64,000 nucleotides of DNA, from positions 40,548,001 to 40,612,000 of the forward strand of contig OZ024753.1 of NCBI GenBank assembly GCA_964016885.1, read 5' to 3'. This document shows, one piece after another, positions 1-14,181 of this stretch. Every line of letters starts with the position of its first letter. The first letter of the stretch is position 1. The stretch is from Eledone cirrhosa. Lineage: Eukaryota. Below the pieces are notes generated by a model. The model was given only the letters and a program-made list of their open reading frames with translations, was not told the DNA's origin and searched no databases. The position numbers and the translations under genes were made by a program.

Positions 1-11
1 TGGATTTATAT

Positions 12-48
<37 letters not shown>

Positions 49-230
49 TAAACGAGTAGGTAGAAGGGTAAGCAAGATTAGCGTCGTGTAAAAATATCAA
101 TAAATCTAACTTCATATAACTCCATTATAAATATTGAGTCCTTCCTCTTTTTCAGGTAACTACGATTACTTGATCTAATATATGCACGCAAACACACACA
201 CAAATACGCACAGGTACAGACATATAAACT

Positions 231-269
<39 letters not shown>

Positions 270-1285
270 GAACATAAAAAACACACTCATATATATATAG
301 TGTATATATATGATTTGCTTTTACATGTATTTATTTACATAGGTACAGAGTGAAAAAATCGCACACTTTCACACATAGAAAGATTAATAGATTAATATAT
401 AGAGAGGTTTATTCTTTACATGGTGGCATACAATGCCTGCACGGTTCACTGCAGATGAATGCTGTCCTTTTCGTGATTACTGGCGCTAAAGCAATAAGTT
501 CGTTAAACAACTAAGACGACAAGATCAACCGGAAACACAGTAACCAGTGAGGCACTACACCACAACAATAACAAAAACATCATTACCACCACCACTACCA
601 ACACCAACATCAACACCACCACTACCAACACCAACACTACCAGCAACAACAGCACCAAGGCTAACAATGACTAAGTATCTCTAAGGCACTGCTCTAACAT
701 GCTAGCAATTGAGACCAAGTTTCTTTCAAATTATAGTGCCTTTAAACAGAAAGACATACTACTGAAGGAATAAGCCATCGTTGTACCAAAGGCTGAGATA
801 TTTGAGCCTGCAATAGAGTTGATCAAAGCTCTGCTCAATGACGTCTTAACTAGGCTCAAACATCAACAATAAGAACAATGCTCAATAAATACAACGTTTA
901 AGGGTAATGATTGCTCTAATATTTGATCGACAGATCAGCTTACTCATAGAAATATAGTGTATGTGGTTGAGAATGATAGTGTGTCACAAAGCTAGCCACG
1001 TTTTCAAAGGTGTAATGATTTGAGCAACAAATTTTGCTGATTTATTATAAACGGGAGAAAAGATTTTAAATCTTATAGTAAATTGTATTATTTTAGTTAA
1101 ATTGATCTCATAGTCGGTTACTTAGGAGTTTCCCTAGTGTGGTCGGTTAACCGGGTCAGGCTTTTCTTGTCTGGGGAGCCAACATTACACCGAGGGATCT
1201 CCGGTGCAACACGTTACTGGATCAGCTTAAACAATACATACACTCATACTCACAAACACACGCAGTACAGACAGACCAACACACA

Positions 1286-1288
<3 letters not shown>

Positions 1289-1333
<45 letters not shown>

Positions 1334-1618
1334 ATATATAGATATATATATATATAGATATATATATAGATATATATATATAGATATATATATATATATC
1401 TATATAGATATATAGATAGATAGATATATATAGATATATATATATATAGATATATATATATAGATATATATAGATATATAGATAGATAGATATATATAGA
1501 TATATATATATATAGATATATATATATAGATATATATAGATATATATAGAGAGAGAGAGATATATATATATGTATATATATACATATATATACATATATA
1601 TATATATATATACATACA

Positions 1619-1696
<78 letters not shown>

Positions 1697-1707
1697 CATA
1701 TATATAC

Positions 1708-1754
<47 letters not shown>

Positions 1755-1755
1755 C

Positions 1756-1832
<77 letters not shown>

Positions 1833-1833
1833 C
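1289..1833. repeat. Compound (TA)n/(TAGA)n microsatellite
   Basis: Directly visible; the overlapping YI-repeat ORFs are artefacts. Confidence 0.97.
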
Positions 1834-2500
1834 TAGCATAGTAAGAAAAATGAATATCTAAACTTTACTTCAGTATTGCATACTCTTTACTCTCATCCGA
1901 CAACCACATACATATATATATATATATATATATTGAGAGAGAGAGAGAGGGAGACACAGTCATATATAAACAGATAGATAGATGAAGAGATTGGCAGAGA
2001 GATGGAGATATGAAAGAAGAGATGTAAGGATGAGGATATCAAATTACAATTTCGCAAAAACATCTATTGTTAAACGGTAGTTACATGACACTTGCCTTTT
2101 ATTATTAAGATATGTGTATATGTATATGTATGTATGTGTATGTGTTACATGGAGATGTATATATGTATAGATGTATACATATACAGAAATGAATGAGATT
2201 GTCAATGAGGTATTGAGTACATAACTAAGGAAGTAGGTTTTGACGTGTGAATGAATAAGTGTGTGAATGAATGTTAAATTGGGAAGGAAGTAGAAAGACA
2301 GTCTGTATTCCACTGTTATCTTACAATCTTATAACATTGAATGAAACAAAAGGCCAAGAAAATGTTTCGGATCCGCTACAGATGTTAAAATCTCAGACAT
2401 GTCGAAGCAGTCTGTTCTTCTGCTTTCCCCATCAACACCTCTGCATTTTGTCGTTCATAATTTAACTCCTGTTTCTGTTTTTCTCTACATATTTGTTATT

Positions 2501-2502
<2 letters not shown>

Positions 2503-2563
<61 letters not shown>

Positions 2564-2749
2564 GTTATTGCCTCCTCCATATTGAGGACGCCTTTGCATG
2601 TAAACTCCCACTTTTGATGCCCTGGTGGCAAATAAAAAGAAAGTTATCTATCTATCTATCTGTCTATCTATCTATCTATCTCTATCTATCTATCTATCTA
2701 TCTACATATTCTCCCTCTTTTCGATAACAGACTTTGTATCTCGCCCCTA

Positions 2750-2838
<89 letters not shown>

Positions 2839-2840
2839 TC
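2503..2840. repeat. (TATC)n and (CT)n microsatellites
   Basis: Directly visible. Confidence 0.95.
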
Positions 2841-3403
2841 GTTCGCTCTTTCAGTCTCTGTTCCTGTCTCTCTCTAGCTCAATCTCTATCTATGTCTCTC
2901 TCTGTCTCTCTATCTGTCTCCCACTCACCATCTCTCTCTAACACACACTCCCCTTCAATTTCCATGAGTCTCTCTCTCCCCATCTCCCTCTCCCCTCACA
3001 CTCTCTCTCTATGTCCTTGCTATTTTCTCCATGACCACATGCCGAATTTTATCTCATCCTCCAGAAAATATATAGAAATCCATTAACAAATGTCGTCAAG
3101 AGGAATTGGAAGACAAACTGTTTATATGTATACATGTGTGTATAATCAGCGAGGGTGTATGTGAGAGTGTGTTTGTATGTGTGTAGGTATATGTAACGTT
3201 GTCCCTGTGTGCATTTGTATTAATGTTCCCAAAGGCGTGTCCACACTTATACCTGTGAGTGTTGTACCCCTAAATATCTCATAGATACAGTGCTTTGCTA
3301 CTCATTCCTTATTGTAGGTCGACTTCGCTTGCCCACAGCCAAAGCGTCGATTTTACTAAGCTTCCACTTGTACTCACACACACACACACACACACACACA
3401 CAG

Positions 3404-3460
<57 letters not shown>

Positions 3461-3463
3461 CTT

Positions 3464-3519
<56 letters not shown>

Positions 3520-3548
3520 AGTTATATACTTATACGCACACACACACA

Positions 3549-3581
<33 letters not shown>

Positions 3582-3639
3582 ATGTATATATATACACACA
3601 CACACGCATATATATATATATATATATACTTACACACAC

Positions 3640-3704
<65 letters not shown>

Positions 3705-4126
3705 CATATATAGACATAAATAAGTGTGTGTGTGTATAAGATATTTATATATCCGTTTATAATTTTGTAACCATTCACCAGCTTTTGTTGTCCAGCATGT
3801 TTGGGGTTTTATGTTCTACAAAATATGACTGCTAGGCCAGCTACTAACAACAGACGTGATGGGAAAAATAGACAGGATTACTGCAACAGTTTACTTTGAA
3901 AACTGTCAAACACTAGAAACTCTGTTGGTTTTTGTCTCTCTCTCTCCATGACTCTCACTGACTCTATTTGTTTATCTGACCGAATGCGCCCATCTCTCTA
4001 TATGTGAGTGTCTATGGTGTGTATGGCTAGTGTATGGTTAGTCTGCCTGTGTGTGAAAGACAGAGAGCTAGATAGATAGATACAAAGATAGTGTGTGTCG
4101 GTGTGTATGAGTAGAGTGTGCCTGTT

Positions 4127-4157
<31 letters not shown>

Positions 4158-4753
4158 TCGAAAAAGAGTGTGTGTGTCTGTGTGTGAGGGAGAGAGAAAG
4201 AACGAGAGTGTGTGTGTGCCTGTGTGTGTGTGCGCGGGAGAGTGTGTGTGCATATGTGTGTCTGTCTGTGTGTTTGTGTGTTTGTGTGTATATGTGTGTG
4301 TGTGTACACTGCCTAAGTTATAGTGAGGAAAATAATTTGTCCGTTGATTTTATCATCACATTTTGCCTCTCCACTTATCCAAAGATTTCTTTTCGTTCTT
4401 CTTCCCCTGTATATATACAAGACACTGACATACGTATATTTTATTTACGTAGGTATAAATTATTGTTGATATATACATAAATATATATTTATATATTTAG
4501 TTAAAGGAAAACACTCTCCTTTCCTCTAATTTCCCTACAGAAACACTTAATATGTATATATATATATAAATATAATAATTGAATTGTCATCTCTAATACT
4601 GAAAAAGCCAGTCTTTCTACAAAGTGTAACATGCTGAATCTCCCTGAGTACTATATTTGACATAGTCATGTCTATGAAACGTCCAAATACACACACCTAC
4701 ACACACACACAAACACACAGACACACACACAAACACACAAACACACAAACACA

Positions 4754-4902
<149 letters not shown>

Positions 4903-5110
4903 ACCTCCTCCACTTCCACCAAGCCTGAAACTAATGCAACTGTGTAAAATACCCTCCTGTGTTTTGTTTGTTGCATTTATTTATATATACATATATATAT
5001 ATATATATGTGTGTGTGTATATATATACAATGTGTGTATACAATGTATGTGTCTGTGTGTGTGTGTATATATGTATACAATGTGTGTGTCTGTGTGTGTG
5101 TATATATATA

Positions 5111-5240
5111 CAATGTACTCTGTTCCCACACACTTCTCACCTGAGGAAGGGTTTATGCCCGAAACGTCGTCCCCCACCAACACCCCACTCTCCAGAGCGT
5201 GAAATTAATAAACATTCGTTGTACTGCCTCTCTGTTTTGT
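5111..5240 (+). mobile_element. Penelope-like pLTR fragment with a minimal hammerhead motif
   Basis: CTGAGGA (5141-5147), GGG/CCC helix II, GAAACGTC (5161-5168), downstream AATAAA, ends in (TA)n. Helix I is only 2 bp. Confidence 0.65.
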
Positions 5241-5258
5241 CCCTGTTCAAATGTTTCC

Positions 5259-5318
<60 letters not shown>

Positions 5319-6094
5319 TACATATATACATATATATATATGTGTGTGTATATATATATACAATGTGTGTATACAATGTATGTGTCTGTGTGTCTGTGTG
5401 TATATATATACAATGTGTGTGTCTGTGTGTGTATATATATACAATGTGTGTATATATATATATAAATGAAAAGTATAGAAATTGTTGTAGCGAGAAGCTA
5501 ACAGTATATATATATATATATATATCCGAGAGAAAGACAGTGTTGTGTGACAGTAAAGCAATGGTGAATAAAAGCGATACTTTGACATAATGGCATAATA
5601 TAGAAATATAGTTGTGTAGAGGCCATTGGCCAGATAACAGCAAGTCGATAAGGCATAGAACTTTATGAAAAGAACTGTCTTTCAAAAGTTCTATATAGAA
5701 ATTACAAAAGTTGCTGTTAGAAATACATCATGCTGGCTGGTTACCTGATAATCATATTGATCAGTCTCTTGATTGATAAGCAGAGAAACCTATATGTATT
5801 TATATATATATATGTGTGTGTGTGTGTATTTGTGTGTGTGTGTGTGTGTGTATGTGTGTGTGTGTGAGCGTGTGTATGTGTGTGTGTGTGTAAATATGTA
5901 GTAGTGTAGGTATTACGAAGCATTGTAAGATATGTAGCACATGAACGAAAAGTTTTTTGTAAAAATCCCGTACAATGCAGTATGAAAATACGAAGGGTAA
6001 GTGATGGTAAATGAAGTACACACATACACTCCCACACACAGACACACACACACACACACATATATATGTGTATATATATATACACACACAGCCA

Positions 6095-6138
<44 letters not shown>

Positions 6139-6139
<1 letters not shown>

Positions 6140-6341
6140 CGAGGGAAAAGTGGTAAGGAACCAGGTGGACCATAACGCACCAAAGTACTCAATACTTAGG
6201 GTAGTAGAGTGGGTAATAGGAGTAAGTAAGACCCCGACGGCTGAGCTCAAGCCGTTTCGACGGCTAATTCTGTACTAATTCTGTACAGAATTAGCCGTCG
6301 AAACGGCTTGAGCTCAGCCGTCGGGGTCTTACTTACTCCTA
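6139..6341. mobile_element. Family A fold-back element carrying the 3' half of a hammerhead
   Basis: Inverted arms of about 60 bp between (TA)n tracts. GAAAC at 6300, helix III ACGGCT/AGCCGT, GTC at 6320-6322, then GGGG. Five more copies occur in the window. Confidence 0.8.
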
Positions 6342-6430
6342 TATATATATATATTATAGTTGAAACAGTAAACAAAAAAACAACAACGTGGAAGCGAAGA
6401 GGCAGTAAAAAATGTTACTATTAGTTTCAC

Positions 6431-6465
<35 letters not shown>

Positions 6466-6469
<4 letters not shown>

Positions 6470-6620
6470 CCGTTTTCTTCAGAAACACTAAACCACGGTT
6501 TAGTATTTCTGAATAAGATGGTCAATCAAACAGGAATTTCGAGACTAAAAAGATGCAGTATTTAACGGCCTTCTGCTGTATCTATCACAAACCTATCCAA
6601 ATCGTTTACCGTATATTTTG
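6466..6620. mobile_element. Degenerate fold-back element with a CUGAAGA motif
   Basis: Imperfect hairpin at 6466-6525 next to (TA)n. The left arm reads gtgtttCTGAAGA on the minus strand; the right arm is degenerate. Confidence 0.4.
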
Positions 6621-6801
6621 GACTTGATATCCCCTGTAGGGGAATGTAAAAGTAATAAACTGAGCCGACCAAACACTTGTACTTTGTCTTCGTTCAATTA
6701 TCGAACGCTTTCAACATGGTCAATCGATAAGTTTTATGAGACACGTTTCAAGAAACGTAGCTGCATTTACAAGCTCACTAAACTCATCCCCCTCTTTAAC
6801 A

Positions 6802-6950
6802 GTGATATAACAAGAGAGATGTGATATAACAAGAGAGATGTGATATAACAAGAGAGATGTGATATAACAAGAGAGATGTGATATAACAAGAGAGATGTGA
6901 TATAACAAGAGAGATGTTATATAACAAGAGAGATGTTATATAAGAGAGAT
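6802..6950. repeat. 19-bp minisatellite (GTGATATAACAAGAGAGAT), about 8 copies
   Basis: Units start at 6802, 6821 and onward. Confidence 0.95.
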
Positions 6951-6989
6951 TATAAAGCCGAACACTTTATAATCTCTATTTTCCCCACT

Positions 6990-7598
6990 CAGATGGAGGA
7001 TGGGTGCTACACGAGAATGTTGAGGAGGACTCTGGACATTAATCAGTATACGTTGAGGATGAAGATCTGAGCTGTACGGGAACCTCCCAAAAGTCAGCTC
7101 GAGAGTGGCACAGAGGAGATTGAGGTTAGTTGGACATGCTCACCGACATCCAGAGTTGACACTGCACTCAGTGCTTCTGTGGAAGCCTTTGCATAGACAC
7201 ACTGGAAGAGGGAGACCGAGGTTGACATATATATATATATATATATATACACACAGCTCCAAAGTAGCACAGAGGAGACTGAGGTTAGCTGGACATGCTT
7301 ATTGACATCCAGAGTTGATACTGCACTCAGTGCTCCTGTGGGAGCCCCTACAGAGAGGAGACTGATGTTAGCTGGACATGCTCATTGACATCCAGAGTTG
7401 ACACTGCACTCAGTGCTCCTGTGGGAGCCCTTGCATGGACACACTGGAAGAGAAGAGGAAGACCGAGATTAACACATGTTGATGCCCTAAGGACAGACAC
7501 TGGTCTGGTGGAGACGTAGGACATGGAAGCGATAATGAGGGACAGAGACCGCTGGAGAAAACTCGTCCATGGATCTCGGGAATTTTACCCGCTCTAGA
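6990..7598 (+). mobile_element. RTE-clade LINE 3' remnant with internal duplications
   Basis: Translates to DGCYTRMLRR...LYGNLPKVSSRVAQRRLRLVGHAHRHP...GRGRPRLTY, typical of an RTE ORF C-terminus. Contains frameshifts and three copies of the GH segment. Confidence 0.88.
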
Positions 7599-7844
7599 CA
7601 TTTTACCCAATCATTACAGCATGATGATAAAAACATAAACATCCATTTCTCTATTTCAAACACCACCTGGAGGGGGTTGCACTTTAAATGTCATCGCCTC
7701 GACATAAAATCTTAATTTGATGACAATTGGTCACTCATGATACCTAAACATATAAACAATTAAAATAATAGTCGACAGAATCTGAGGTGGATTAAAGTTA
7801 CTCAGCCTCAAAACGACTGATATTTCTATCTCTTCGTACTCTTC

Positions 7845-8342
7845 ACTATCACCACCACTAGCATCACCACCACCACCATCACCTCCACCACCGCACACAT
7901 CACCACCGCCACCATCAGCTCCACCACCACCATCACAATCGTCACCTCCACCACCACCACCACCAGCAGCAGCAACATCATCATCAACACCACCACTATC
8001 AGCACCATCACCACCACCACTTACATCACCACCACCACTTACATCACCACCACCACCACTTAGATCACCACCACCACTTACATCGCCACCACCACTACCA
8101 TCTCCACCAGCACCACCACCAACACCACCACGACCAACACCACCACCATCATCACCAACACCATTACCATCAACACCTCCACCATCACCGCCAACACCAT
8201 CACCACCATCACCACCATCTCCACCACCATCATCACCATAACCAGCAACATCACCACCATAACCAACACCACTAACATCACCACCACCACCACCAACACA
8301 TCCATCATCATCATCATCATCATCATCATCGTCATCATCATT
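7845..8342. repeat. (CAC)n/(CAT)n low-complexity tract
   Basis: Directly visible. Confidence 0.95.
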
Positions 8343-8904
8343 TCCTTCTCCAATTCTGCCATCTTATAACTCTCCATACTTATGTGTGATGTTAATGAAG
8401 ATGAAATATCGCTTTGAATGACGTCATCGTTTGTGGTTTTTTTCTAATTGCGGTTTTTCTATGAGGTTTAATTATGAGTTTCGAGAAAACCAAACGATAA
8501 TGTTTGTTGTTTTTGTTGTTGTCTTACCATAATGTTTCTTGTTTTTCTTGTTGTTATAATTTTGTTTTAAATGAAGCTGGGTTTTTTTTTTATATTTTTT
8601 TCTAAATATTTTTTTATAAATATTTCTTGTCAAGTTTTATATTTTGTATCTTGCATAATTATATTTTTATTATTTATTTACTAATATATTTTCATTCAAT
8701 TTCCAATTATTTTCTCGACACACTGTGTATATATATCCAACGTTGATACCTCTCATCAAGCAAGGTAGTGGTTAGGGTTGTAAAGTGTGATAGCGATATG
8801 CTAGAAAAAAACTAATAAACGAGTGAAAAGAAATTAATAAAAATTAGTAACACCTTTATGTGAAAACTACGAAAATAAAGAATATATATATATAAGTGTT
8901 ATGT

Positions 8905-8952
<48 letters not shown>

Positions 8953-9237
8953 GATGTTATGTTTATTCCCTCCCCTCTTTTGTTTTGTCTCCAGCCGCAA
9001 AACTCATTAAAGGATGTGGAATACTTAAAAGAATAAAGCCGCAAGCAATCCGTAATGATGTTGAAACAATAGCTGTAATATGCATTATATATACATACAA
9101 TATATATATTGCTTCCTATCCTTATTCTTCTTTATATCAGTTACAGTGTCGTATCAGTCGTAAGACCAATATTCCAGAAATCATGTTAATGTTTAATTTA
9201 TTTTGATGCCTTATTTAAAGGTTTAATGTATTTTGTT

Positions 9238-9288
9238 GATCGGAATGCGTAGAAGCAGGCGAGTGTAGGTGCCATCAAGGTAGTAGTG

Positions 9289-9331
<43 letters not shown>

Positions 9332-10060
9332 AGGTGCCATCAAGGCGCTGTTGTTGTTTGGATGAAAGCTTCCATGTTTCCCTTCTATATAGCAAGATTG
9401 GTTGAATTGTTACTTGGAAGAGTCTGATCTTGGTGTAGTTGGAAAGATTTGAGCGCCAAACTCGATCCATCTTGTTGCAAGCTGACCATGTGACATCTGC
9501 CTTTGAGAGAGATATATGCCGGCCTCCCAAGCACATCTGTCGTTGTATGTAAAAGAAGAGTAAGATTTGCTGGCCACTGCCATCGTGCCACCTATGAGGC
9601 TGTGTCCCCATTAGTGCTTTGGAAACCACAAGCAGTCACTAATAACAGGGGGCGCAAGCTCTCCTATCCCAATTTGCTGGCCACTGCCATCGTGCCACCT
9701 ATGAGGCCGTGTCCCCATTATTGCTTTGGAAACCATAAGCAGTCACTAATAACAGGGGGCGCAAGCTCTCCTATCCCAATTTGCTGGCTACTGCCATCGT
9801 GTCCCCATTATTGCTTTGGAAACCACAAGCAGTCACTAACAACAGGGGGCGCAAGCTCTCCTATCCCAATTTGCTGGCTACTGCCATCGTGCCACCTATG
9901 AGGCTGTGTCCCCATTAGTGCTTTGGAAACCACAAGCAGTCACTAATAACAGGGGGCGCAAGCTCTCCTACACCGATGTCATCTCCAGAGATTCTAGTAT
10001 TGAAATCCAGGACTTGGCAGTGAACGACAGACCCACGTGGCCACCGGATGATGATGATGA
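9238..10060. mobile_element. RTE-clade LINE copy with a 5' inversion, (GAT)n tail and 9-bp target-site duplication
   Basis: Minus segment 9238-9502 encodes KIRLFQVTIQPILLY...ETW...LDGTYTRLL. Plus segment 9503-10060 encodes IYAGLP...RRVRFAGHCHR...RGRKLSY. TATTTTGTT occurs at 9229-9237 and 10061-10069. Confidence 0.9.
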
Positions 10061-11379
10061 TATTTTGTTCTCTTACTGTGATGTTTATTTTGTCGTGTTT
10101 CCAGTCAATATACGTGGCGCTCGTTCAGAACTTTCTAGTTTGTTTCTTTGTCTATCGCCCGTATGTCTACCACATTGCTCTGTATCACCGTAGATATATA
10201 TATTTTAGAAGGAGAATATTTTGCCCTACCTTAAGAAGAAACGTTATATCTTCAGTGATTAAGTTCCCTATACAGAGTGTCCATACCAGTTTGACAGCTG
10301 ATGAGGAATCGTTATGTTAAAGCTGAATTTTATCGTATTTGTTCTAGCTTCTGTTATTTTGTGCAGAAGAAGGGCAGCATCCACATATATGAATCTGCTA
10401 ATATCGTGGCTTACTTTGTGTATGTCGGAAATTCCGGAGAACGAAGAGAAACGAGTGAGTATACGAACATCTGTGACAGAGAGAGAGAAGAGAGAGAGAG
10501 GAGAGAGAGAGAAGAGAGTGAGTCAGAGAGAGAAGAGAGATAAAGTAGGGGAGAGGGTGATAGAGTAGGATATATATATATATATGAAGAGAGAATATGA
10601 TATATATATATGAGAGAGAGAGAGAGAGATCAGGTAAATGAAAAAGGTGAAGAATTGAATGAAAATATGTTCAGGTATTCTATTTATGGTCTGTGAAAGG
10701 ATGAAAGGAAAAGTTGATTAGTTTGGAGTTGAAGAGCCAAACCCTTACCACAAAGCACTGACAATTCTGTTAGTGACCCGCCTTAGATAGAAATGTACTG
10801 AACTATATTTATTTGTTTTCTAATCTAGCTACTTTTTGCTGCTGCTGCAAGCAACGTATGTTCTTGAAACACGGAAGTAAATAAAATTAGACTTGGCAAT
10901 TTTACTCAGCTTATTCTAAATATATTCTTACGTTATTTTGATGTTTATTTCTATAATTACATTTTGTTCTGAAATTACTATAACACAGACCACCCATTAC
11001 TGAGAATCCACAGAATCGTAAGCCTGAGATATAGAATAAATTACGGTAGTCTTCCCAACTCTAGAAACTGGGTTTAAATTTGAGTTCACCTTTGTCTCTT
11101 TTTTCTTTTGCTTTCGGAGTCGATGTTGAAATCACATTTCCGTAGGGCCTGATTTTCTCTTTCTTTTCCTCCATCCTCTAATCTCACTCGATGTCTTCTA
11201 AATAGAGTTTGTGAGAGATGGGCTCCCCCTTTTCAAAAATGCACAACATACGCTGTATGTCCATTAAACATTTTTCCGATTTTTGTTTTATAGAAAATTG
11301 CTGTTTCTGACATTGTCGTTTAGCCAGATTTAATATCTATATACATTTATGACATCGATCAATACCTTAGAGTTTTGGG

Positions 11380-11750
11380 ATCGATTTAGTTTATTATTGC
11401 TCGTGTTAAACGTATTTTATTGACACTAAAATAAAAATAAAAAGACGATGTCAAATTTGGCGAGTTTTGAACTCAGAATGAAAATGTACAAAACTAAATA
11501 CAAGGTTTACTTCTCACCAGTCTTCCGATTCTGCTGCCAATAGATATTAATTTATTACCTAGACAGACGTTCTTTAATTTATGGGGAGTGGGGGAGTATT
11601 TCATAATAAGGGCTACAGCACTTGATTGGTAATTCATGTTATTTAAACCACAAAGCAAAATTGACCCCAGCGGGAATTTGTACTCAGGAAAAAAGCCGGA
11701 ATTTATCTGCTAGGTGTTTTGCCTTTTAGCCTAGGGACTCTAGCAATCTA
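11380..11750 (-). mobile_element. Two degenerate SINE copies
   Basis: B-box remnants (tttgaactcag, tttgtactcag), an A-box remnant (gattctgctgcca) and aaagcaaaattgacc match the SINE family. Confidence 0.5.
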
Positions 11751-12083
11751 TATTGAAATGTATTTCTTAACACTTTCGATAAGAATTCTACTGCCATGGA
11801 AAACAGCTAAAACGAAACGAAAAAAGAAAAAAGAAAAATACAGACTTTCCATGAAACTTTGCTAGACACATGAAAGATGCAATTTAATTTTTTTATCACC
11901 TTCAAACTTCCATAGTTGCTTTGACGCTCAGCTGAAAAATACTTCCTAATGGAAACAAACAAAACGAAAAAAAAAAAAAAATAGGAAAAAATATTAATAA
12001 ATAAACATTTGCAATGGAAAATAATAAAAAAAAAAGAAATACTAATAACAGAAAAAACTATAAATAAAAAACATAGTGGGTGC

Positions 12084-12121
<38 letters not shown>

Positions 12122-12717
12122 ATTTGTGTGTGTCTGTGTGTGTATTGAAGAGATGGGGAGTGGAGAGAAAGGCAAAAGGGGGAAAGCAAGATATAGAATT
12201 TAAGAGAGATAAAGGGAGAAGAAAAGTTAGTGAGAGAGGAGTAGAGAGAGAGATAGAGATAATGAGAGAGAGGGAGGAAAGAGAGAGTGAGTAGTAGTAG
12301 TAGTAGTAGTATTAATTCAACGCCTTGTACTAATGCAATGTGAGGGTGCCAAAAATAAAACAAGATAAAGTAAAGCAAAAAGACCCTCCTCCCCTCCACA
12401 AAAAACAAGGGAAGCTCCCTTAAAAACTCCCCCACCCCCACCTCTCTCCCCCAGAATAATAAAGAAGTTAAAGAAAATCACGTAGAGTGCTCAGACGATC
12501 ATGTGTTCATATAGAAAAAATATGTACAAAGTATGGTCTCTCACACACACACACATACACACACACACATGGACACATACAGATATACTCACACACACAT
12601 ATTTACAAAAACATACCTATACGCATATGACCGCATATAAACATGCGCACTTACTCACACAGAGATACAAGCATAAACAAATACACACTCACACACATAT
12701 CAACACACACACACACA

Positions 12718-12778
12718 TATTCTTTTATTCTTTTATCTGTTCCAGCCATCCGGCTGAGGCCATGCTGGGGCACCGCAT
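12718..12778 (+). mobile_element. Fragment of a second short interspersed repeat
   Basis: ggccatgctggggcaccgc resembles an abundant octopus repeat recalled from memory; not verified. Confidence 0.35.
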
Positions 12779-12783
12779 GTAAT

Positions 12784-12905
<122 letters not shown>

Positions 12906-13456
12906 GCATACTGAAGTGTCGGTAAACAACCAACACATACTCTAAGTTATATATATTTATATACACACACATATATATATATATGATTGTGTGTGTGAGT
13001 CTGTATGTGTATATATATATGATTGTGTTTGTGTCTGTGTGTGCACGTAAATAATATATAACATGGAGACACTGTTATAACTATACACAGACACACACAG
13101 ACACACGCACATACACACACACACACACAAAGACACACACATACACACAATCATAACACGTAAATTCTATTTAATATATATTTATTTATCTATTTATTTG
13201 TTTTTTGGAAATGGGAATGTGGAAGTGCAGAAAGTTACGTCAAATGTTCTATCTACGAGGCTTACCAACTGTTATGTAATAATATCACAGCATCTTGTTT
13301 CCTCAAGAGATACACGGACTTCCACTCTCAAGCGCACGTGCCATCGGCCGGCCTGTCGCTTGAATTCGGATCCGCCATTGAAGTTTAAATTCAAAAGATA
13401 ATTTTTTGATAAATTTAAAGAGAGGAACGAAATAAGCTAGTCCCTGCTAGAATCAA

Positions 13457-13750
13457 CTAAATAAATATATAAATAAATAAATAAATAAATAAATATATAT
13501 GTAAATAAATAAATATATATGTAAATAAATAAATATATATGTAAATAAATAAATATATATGTAAATAAATAAATAAATATGTAAATAAATAAATATATAA
13601 ATAAATAAATATATATGTAAATAAATAAATAAATATATAAATAAATAAATAAATATATAAATAAATAAATATATATGTAAATAAATAAATAAATATGTAA
13701 ATAAATAAATAAATATATATGTAAATAAATAAATAAATATATAAATAAAT
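13457..13750. repeat. (AAAT)n-derived minisatellite of about 20 bp
   Basis: Repeated GTAAATAAATAAATATATAT units. Confidence 0.93.
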
Positions 13751-13867
13751 GAAGAAACATATATATATATCCCCCACCCCCACTCTCAACGTGAACCTAA
13801 TACTAACACTTTCTACTGCACTCTTCGTTATTGTTTTTGTTTTTTGTTTTAACATATATATATATAT

Positions 13868-14142
13868 ATTAAAATACAAATATTAATAAAATAGATGTTC
13901 TTTTGATCAATTACATTTTATTATACATATTTCGGAGGTACATCCTCATCAGACAAAATATAGGATGTACTGTTGTACCTCCGAAATATGTATAATAAAA
14001 TGTAATTGATGAAAAGAACATCTATTTTATTAATATTTGTATTTTAATATTAATAACTCTGGGAAATTATTTTTTTCGTAGAGTGCTTCCAATCTACTGT
14101 AAAACTCATTCTCTGATATACGCATTGAATCTTGTTCAACTC

Positions 14143-14148
<6 letters not shown>
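13868..14148. mobile_element. Family C fold-back element
   Basis: Arms 13868-13942 and 13975-14050 are near-perfect reverse complements, flanked by (TA)n. Confidence 0.85.
13915..13959 (-). ncRNA. Type I hammerhead ribozyme motif (family C)
   Basis: AUUUUGU-CUGAUGA-GGA uguacc UCC-GAA-AUA ug UAU-A|AUAAAAU: 7-bp helix I, AUA cleavage triplet. Confidence 0.78.

Positions 14149-14179
<31 letters not shown>

Positions 14180-14181
<2 letters not shown>

Noticed and set aside
447-550. CAGATGA...GAAACACAGTA hammerhead-like arrangement
   Set aside because: Helix II does not pair and helix I needs a bulge next to the cleavage site.
10293-10455. CTGATGA at 10298 as a hammerhead
   Set aside because: No properly placed GAAA, helix III or helix I could be found.
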